From Bugula neritina (taxonomy: Eukaryota > Animalia > Bryozoa), in contig CAXIUT010000197.1 in the NCBI GenBank assembly GCA_964035545.1, forward strand, positions 1 through 16,913: a stretch of 16,913 nt of DNA. The letters run 5' to 3'. Under the pieces are notes generated by a model. It was not told where the DNA came from. It worked only from the letters and a program-made list of their open reading frames with translations, and did not search any database. Numbering within the stretch: the stretch's first letter is position 1; every line of letters begins with the position of its first letter. The translations under genes and the position numbers were made by a program. Shown piece after piece: positions 10,568-16,913 of this stretch.

Positions 10568-11161
10568 ATGATGTAGGAGTAAAGTGACGAATAAATTCTT
10601 TCTTTTTCTATGTAAGATAGTTTCTTTATCGACGTCTCACCTCCTCAACCTTTCGACTATATGCAAGTCATCGACAACACGCTTATAGACTATTAAGATA
10701 TACATCTAGAATAAGTAGAAATGCTAGAGTAAGCCAATTAAAATCCTTTTCTTTATCTTACACATACCTACATGCATAACACTCATCATACTCTCGTTCC
10801 TATTGGAGCCAATTTTCAAGTCCCCATTCCTCCCGTCCTCACTCAAAACGCATACAGAGTCAAATCAGCATAAATGATGAACTCGCTCCAAAAGTTGAAA
10901 ATTAATGACCCTTAACAAGGCGGATAGTTCTTTGATAAATACAGTGAACTAATTAGGCGAAGGTTTGGAGAATAACGTACCTACGAAGATGTTAATCACT
11001 TGAGAAATGCTTTTAGACGGATGAACTCCAAACTGACTTTCGAATAATATCTAGCCAAAAACGCCAAATACTGGGAAACTCATTTCAAAAATAAAGATAG
11101 AGCCAATCTGCCAAAAGTACCAGTCAAAAAGAAAAAAAAAAGAGGCACCATTCCTATCTGA
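10568..11161 (+). CDS. Small putative nuclear protein with ELM2-like motif, 197 aa
   Basis: Clean ATG-to-TGA frame with an acidic N-terminus, VPIGANFQVPIP (similar to the ELM2 start motif I/VxV/IGxxY/FQAxIP) and a C-terminal basic NLS-like KKKKKR. Confidence 0.7.
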
Positions 11162-11258
11162 CCTTCTGATCATATTAGTCACTTATGTTTGAATTCATCA
11201 CTAACTAATCACCCTGGAACAAGCCTATTCCTTATTATAACTTTATAATTTAAACTAG

Positions 11259-12714
11259 ATGAGAAACACGATAGTTGCTACTTTGATTCTTTGGTTACTT
11301 TCTGCTGAGATAGTTAGTTGCCAATCTAAATCTTATAATCTATCTCTATGTGCAGGCATCTAGATCGATCAACTGCATTATTTCATCAATGAAGCATAGG
11401 ACAAATCAAACATTTAGTTTCAAAAATAGCGAACAAGTTATATCTATAATCTCTGTAGACAAGTATAAGTCTATTGTCCATACAATAACTCTGTCCTCAT
11501 AGCATCTATGGTCGCAATCAACCATCATCTAGAATCTTGTCTCACTTATTAACAAAAATAAATTACCTGGCTCGATAACTCAACTTCAACCAGTGGAATC
11601 AAAGTTCACTACATACTGCAAACATCCATTGATAACAACACTTAAGTAGTTCTAGAATATATTTGTAACAACTACACTCAACAGTATTGCCCAGAAGTGT
11701 CAGGAGGAGTGCTTTGGTCCTACTTTAGTCATCATTTAGTTACCTACACCATTTTAATTGAAATCATTGGAATCATCCTCATGGTTTTAGGAATATACAT
11801 ATATAGAGCCAGCATTGTCCTTATCGGCTGGGCAACTTCATTTATACTCCTACTCATGGTCTAGTCTCTCTTCATCTTCCTGAGAGGAGTCCCATAATCC
11901 ATCATCGAAAACGTCCTCATCATCTCCATCATTGTCAGCTTCTTTGTTGGATATATAGTCGGCTACTTTCCTCGAGCAGGCATCTTCTGCATGGGAGTCT
12001 GGATAGGTCTTGTCATCTCACTCACTCTTAACAATGTCTTCTTCTATTTCATGGATACGAATCCTCCAAATCTCATACTTTATATCGTCACTCCTGTACT
12101 CAGCATCGGTTTTGGCATCCTCATTCTCTTCATAAGAAAGAATTTCATAATATTTGCTTCATGTACTTTTATCTTACTCAGCTCTTATCGGTTCTTATCT
12201 TTGTCTGCGTGCTCTGAGTTGGTTTTTAGGAGCTTTTCCCAATTAGTTTTTACTATCAAAAAGATATCACTTAGGTTTATCATCAAAAGTGCCATGGCAA
12301 TTTTATCTCTACGTTCTAGCCCTTTTGATTTTAACAACGAGTGCTTCTTCTTTACAAAACTGGTTATTCAAGAAGAAAATGAGAAAAAACAATGAATCAA
12401 CGGACATTTAGAAGCATTTGTAGTAGATGGATAGTTCAATGAAAAAATAAAGAGATAAATTTATTGAGATGAAAAATGTATTTAAAGAATAGGCAAAGGT
12501 TCCAAAAGTATTATACAAGAACAGAAACAAAAAACAATTTGACAACGATATCAAATAAGTCGATCAATCCTTTTCAGTTTAATAATCAGAAGTTTCATCA
12601 TCAATTCCTGCTTATGATGACTCAGATGATAGCTAATCCTAGTAAGAAGATGAGCATAGAAAGGCACTTGGGTAAAAGTTGTTAGGCTATGGAGATAAAA
12701 ATCATGGAAAGTGA
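11259..12714 (+). CDS. Signal-peptide multi-pass membrane protein, DUF4203/TMEM198-like, about 478 aa, one intron
   Basis: N-terminal signal peptide and Cys-containing lumenal domain (YIYNLCRQVEVYC), then about 7 hydrophobic segments including IIFASSLIGSYLCLRALSWFLGAFPNE and PWQFYLY, and an acidic tail. TGA at 12712-12714. Confidence 0.8.
12163..12181 (+). other. Intron of DUF4203-like gene (19 nt)
   Basis: gtacttttatcttactcag. Removal gives FASSLIGSY and an open frame to 12714. Confidence 0.85.
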
Positions 12715-12947
12715 TATTCGTAGTTAATTTTATGTCCTACATTATTAATATTTATCTGAAACTAATTCAAAAAATAGTCAAATGCACTATCATCTTGTCC
12801 TTTACTCTCTACTACTCCTTCTAACAACTAACACAGTACCAACTATCACCTCTTCTTCAACAGAGATTCACTGGATGTTTAACCTGAAGAGGATAATCAT
12901 TGAGATAGAGTTTTGAATCAGTATTAAATTACCAATAAACAGGGTGA

Positions 12948-13778
12948 ATAAACTAAGCAGCTTCTGGAAGGTCGATAAGAGAAGAGAGAATATAATAGAT
13001 TTTTTTTGTTTTCGTCTCTTCCAATGTAGGCCATAGTAATCAACTTCAAAAGAAGATATCCCTCTCTATATATATTCTAAAGATTTATTAATTTTCCCTC
13101 TTCTCAAATATAGGAGCAATATTTGATCTTTATCGACTACTAGGCTGTGAATATCAATAAAACATCATGTTTTTATAGTAAAAGCAAATATGTGAAATAG
13201 AAAACAAAGATGAATTTTAAAATATAACCTTCTCCTTCAACCTGATGCTAATTCCTTCATTGAATAATATTTCTACAAGTAGTATGTTCTGCTTCCACCA
13301 AAAAGTTCATATTAATTCAGAGCATTGCCCATCTTATCTCACACTTAAATCCAGCCAAGTCTAACAAGATACGAATTAATAAAAAAGATATCAGATAGAA
13401 TATAAAAGGCAACACCTTTCACAGCATAAACAACAAATTATTTCGAATCTTGCAAAATAGTAGTTGAAAATCTTCAATAAAAAATTGATATCTCTGATTA
13501 ATTAACTTTTCTCTTAAAACCTAATAACTGATTCTCAAATAATAATTATTAAAGACCTCTTTGAACAAACTATTCTTATCTCGAAAAGATTCTTAGCCTA
13601 ACTTAATTATCAACAATAAAGCTTCCTTTTTAATTTTAAAATTAAAATCAATTGCTTCAACCATAACCTTGAATATCTACAATGTTTAAAGACTTCTTAA
13701 GGATTTTTTAAATATATTTTTGACATAAACAATAATATTAAAAATACTTTTTAAAGAATAAGATCCAAAAAATACTGA
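12948..13778 (+). CDS. Possible hypothetical protein; boundaries uncertain
   Basis: Frame +3 is TGA-free for about 276 codons (first ATG 13167; ...KRYQIEYKRQHLSQHKQQIISNLAKEELKIFNKK...RIRSKKY*). No recognisable domain. Confidence 0.3.
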
Positions 13779-14508
13779 GCTCATAACAAGTTTACTACGA
13801 AAATAGTTTCTAATGATTTCTTACTAAATTAAAAATATTGAACGAATGATAGCCAAAGCACTGAGATCGTCTTTTTGAAGAATGAATCTTTAAATATATA
13901 TTTTTTCTTACTTGAAAGCTAAATTCAATTTAATACTTGAGTCTTATAAACTTTTATGCCTTTCATTTGTATCATATTAAATAAAAATAGAATTAACCGA
14001 AAGTATTTTTTCCAGTATCTATCTTAATATTAACCTATTGAGTTATCATCCAGAGTTATTATTCTTTCTATCAATAAATCTTTTTATAACTTATCCAAAC
14101 TGTTTATCACAAAAACACCTTAAATACAACCAAAAAGTAGCTGTTTCTAAATTAAAATTAAAAACAAATTACCTTGTTTTGTCTTTCTCTAGAAATCAAA
14201 CTATTCTCTTTTTTTTGTTTTATCATTAAAATTTTAACTGTAGATATCACATCCCATTCAAGTTTTTTTCTTTTTTTCCTCCTAAAGAAAATCATTTTCT
14301 TTATTTTTAAGCTTTAAACAGAGTTTTTGAGTCTAAAAGAAGGACATCTTTTTGTTGCCTGTTGATGCTAATAGATGAAGTTGATGGTTGAAAGGTTGAC
14401 TAAGGTTTAATTCTGATATTTTAGATAAGATTTAAGTTTGGAAGTGTTTATAAATAAACTAGAAAGGTACTATCTCCTAAATACTCCAAGTTGTAGTTTT
14501 AATATGAT

Positions 14509-14584
14509 AATTAATATCAATAAAATCATATTCAATATCAATAAATCATAATTAATATCAATAAAATCATAATCAATATCAATA
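14509..14584. repeat. AT-rich tandem repeat of about 21 bp, about 3.5 copies
   Basis: aattaatatcaataaaatcat / attcaatatcaataaatcat / aattaatatcaataaaatcat / aatcaatatcaata. Confidence 0.8.
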
Positions 14585-14744
14585 TTAATCTCTTAGATAA
14601 TATAAATAGTATCAATAATATTGATTAAATTGACTTTGTTGATAATTCTAATAAATTAAATTTTGAGTTAATTCTTTTTATCTATTTATTTGCTAGCAAA
14701 CAATATATGAAGTAAACTAATTAAGTTCAATAGTATATAAATAA

Positions 14745-16712
14745 ATGGAATCGTCATCACCGAGCAATCTCCTCTTAAACCAATATAATGAACTTCCCAG
14801 AAACAAAGTCAGGAAGAATAAAACAAAAATACAATATTTTCTTCCGACAATTTCAAAAGGACTACTAGATATGATGATATATTTCCTGGTCTAAAATTAA
14901 AAAAAGTATCAAGAAACTGAGAAGAAGCGTAAAGTTGTCTTATTTTAGACAATTTCAATATTAGTAGCAACTAAGCTAAAAGAGGCTTACTTTGATTTGA
15001 AGGACAATTACAGATATGAAGTCAGAAAAATAATAGAACAACTGGCATTTTTCACTAAAAAAAAATCCTCAACAATAAAATATCATATAAGCGTGAGAAT
15101 AACAACATTATTGCCATCTATTATCTGTCGTCATATATTAGATAATAGAGACTTTAGCTATCCCTTGAAATATAGCAATTATCAAATATCCAACTAAGCT
15201 GAAGTAGAAGTATTGATAAGTAAATATAATAAAAATAGGATGTAAAACATGAGTCAAGAATAAACTGAAATTTGTCATTACATAAAAAATGAAAAACAAT
15301 TATTTAGATTTTCAGAGAAACAAAATAGAGTAATAGAAAATAAAATAAGACAAAAAAAATATTGGAGAATTGACTACTAGGAATAAATAAAACAATAAAA
15401 TCATAACGAAAAACCTAGCTAATAGATGAAATATAGACCAGATAAGTATATTTCGAAGAATCAGCCCATGTAAATAGAAAAACATGAGTCTATCCAGCAA
15501 CAACCTATCTAAAGAGTTCAAAAACCTATCTAACCTATCTAAGAGTCTATCTAACTTATCTAAGAGTCTATCTATCCTATCTAAGAGTTTATCTAAGAGT
15601 CTATCTAAGAGTCTCTCTAAGAGTCTATCTAAGAGTCTATCTAAGAGTCTCTCTAAGAGTCTATCTAAGAGTCTCTCTAAGAGTCTATCTAAGAGTCTCT
15701 CTAAGAGTCTATCTAAGAGTCTATCTAAGAGTCTCTCTAAGAGTCTATCTAAGAGTCTCTCTAAGAGTCTATCTAAGAGTCTCTCTAAGAGGTTTACTAA
15801 AAATTAGCTCAATAAATAATCTAACTTACCAAACAACTAGTTGAATAATTTATTCCAGGACTAGTTCAATAACCTGTTCAAGATCAGCTAAGAAATCGAC
15901 CAGAAAAGTATATTTCGAAGGATCACCCCATGTATATAGAAAAATATTAGTTGATCCTGAAAATAGTTCAAGAACTTATCTAAAAAAATATTTTTAGACT
16001 TTTCTAAGAGTCTAATTAAGAGCCTTTCTCAGAATCTCTTTCATCAATCAAACAACTAGTTGTTTAATCTATTCAAGGACTAGTTCAGCAAACTGTTCAA
16101 GATCAGCTAAGAAATCGACTAGAAAAGTATATTTCGAAGGATCAGCCCATGTAAATATAAAAATATTAGTCTATCCAGAAAATAGTTCAAAAACCTATCT
16201 AAAAAAATATTTTTAGTCCATCCGATGAGTCTATCTAAGAAGTTTTCTTTGAACCTACCAAAGAATCTATCTCAAAGCCTTTCTAAGAACCTGTCCAACT
16301 AACCGAACAACGAGTTGAATAACCTGTTCAAGATCAGTCTGAAAGAAAGTTAGATGAGGTTGAAGAGGTTTCATAGATATAATCAAATTAATTGACAAAT
16401 AAAGTCTAATAAGATTAAAAGGTAACAAAATCTTATTTATTGATTTAAGATGAAGAATAAAACCTATAGTAAGGAAAGGAACTAAAATAAAAGAAAGAAT
16501 CGTTGGAAAAAAAGCCTTTTCAACAAACAACAACATCTTTTAACAATAAACAGAGAAAGATAAAACCTCGGCAAAGTGTTCTAAGTCAACCTCGTTGGGA
16601 TATTTCAGGACCTCAGACAAAGAGTAAGTCAGCAATCAGATCGAACATAAGTCATTAAAAATAGTCGAGATAATCTTTTATCAATAAATCTTTGAAATCT
16701 AGAACTAAATGA
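14745..16712 (+). CDS. Hypothetical acidic repeat protein, 655 aa, with (EES[I/L])n tract and about 73-aa repeats
   Basis: Uninterrupted 1968-nt ATG-to-TGA frame under TAR=Glu. All internal repeat periods (12, 21 and 219 nt) are multiples of three. Confidence 0.85.
15435..16340 (+). repeat. Three copies of an internal coding repeat of about 219 bp
   Basis: The core (a/c)gacc/tagaWaagtatatttcgaagRatcaScccatgta recurs at 15435, 15897 and 16116. ctgttcaagatcag recurs at about 15874, 16093 and 16325. Confidence 0.85.
15581..15791 (+). repeat. 12-bp coding minisatellite (CTAAGAGTCTMT), about 17.5 copies
   Basis: Directly visible, with degenerate 12+9-nt units upstream from about 15520. It encodes EESI/EESL in the real frame. 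Confidence 0.95.
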
Positions 16713-16800
16713 TTACCTTCATTGATTTGATTTAAAAAGTTATCAATAATATAATTATTAATTAATTATTTTAGATATCATCAATACTTCTTCCCACTTA

Positions 16801-16913
16801 GGGGTTGGGGTTGGGGTTGGGGTTGGGGTTGGGGTTGGGGTTGGGGTTGGGGTTGGGGTTGGGGTTGGGGTTGGGGTTGGGGTTGGGGTTGGGTGGTTGG
16901 GGTTGGGGTTGGG
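16801..16913. repeat. Right telomere, (GGGGTT)n
   Basis: G4T2 array running to the end of the window, with one variant unit GGGTGGTT at 16891-16898. Confidence 0.98.

Noticed and set aside
3889-12714. Blastocrithidia-type code (UAR=Glu plus UGA=Trp) or split code UAA=Lys/UAG=Glu
   Set aside because: About 20 Trp codons in the well-supported genes are all TGG with no internal TGA, and TAA clearly maps to Glu columns. C4A2 telomeres and tiny cis-introns point to a ciliate.
15484-15807. ORF-track protein with (SLSK)n repeat
   Set aside because: Wrong frame. The repeat lies in the 14745-16712 frame and reads EESI/EESL once TAA is Glu.
15520-16340. CRISPR-like array
   Set aside because: The repeats are tandem and in-frame coding, with no unique spacers or cas genes, in a eukaryotic context.
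428-16536. Short ORF-track calls at 428-667, 3030-3260, 4831-5133, 5912-6100, 6063-6263, 7512-7694, 8513-8698, 9351-9548, 12476-12685, 15312-15521 and 16267-16536
   Set aside because: These are antisense or off-frame shadows of the real genes, or AT-rich noise with F/L/I-biased composition.
1-16913. Linear plasmid, virus or transposon
   Set aside because: No polymerase, capsid, transposase or terminal inverted repeats beyond the telomeres. The content is ordinary intron-containing nuclear genes.

Overview
This window is a complete telomere-to-telomere ciliate macronuclear minichromosome of 16.9 kb, capped by (CCCCAA)n and (TTGGGG)n. The supplied standard-code ORF track is misleading. Invariant glutamates in two protein kinases and a P4-ATPase are repeatedly encoded by TAA and TAG, and genes end at TGA, so the code is UAR=Glu (NCBI table 30, peritrich-type) rather than the usual ciliate UAR=Gln. 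Read this way, and with eight tiny GTA...YAG introns of 19-21 nt (mode 20), the chromosome is densely packed. It carries a double C2HC zinc-finger protein (minus strand), a Polo-like kinase with a degenerate polo-box domain, a P4-type phospholipid flippase, an AGC kinase with an atypical activation loop, an ELM2-like nuclear protein, a DUF4203/TMEM198-like membrane protein, and a 655-aa acidic repeat protein with nested 12-, 60- and 219-bp repeats. Two regions (about 0.7-2.3 kb and 12.7-14.5 kb) look partly coding but could not be resolved by eye. All translations and coordinates were derived manually, with no database searches.
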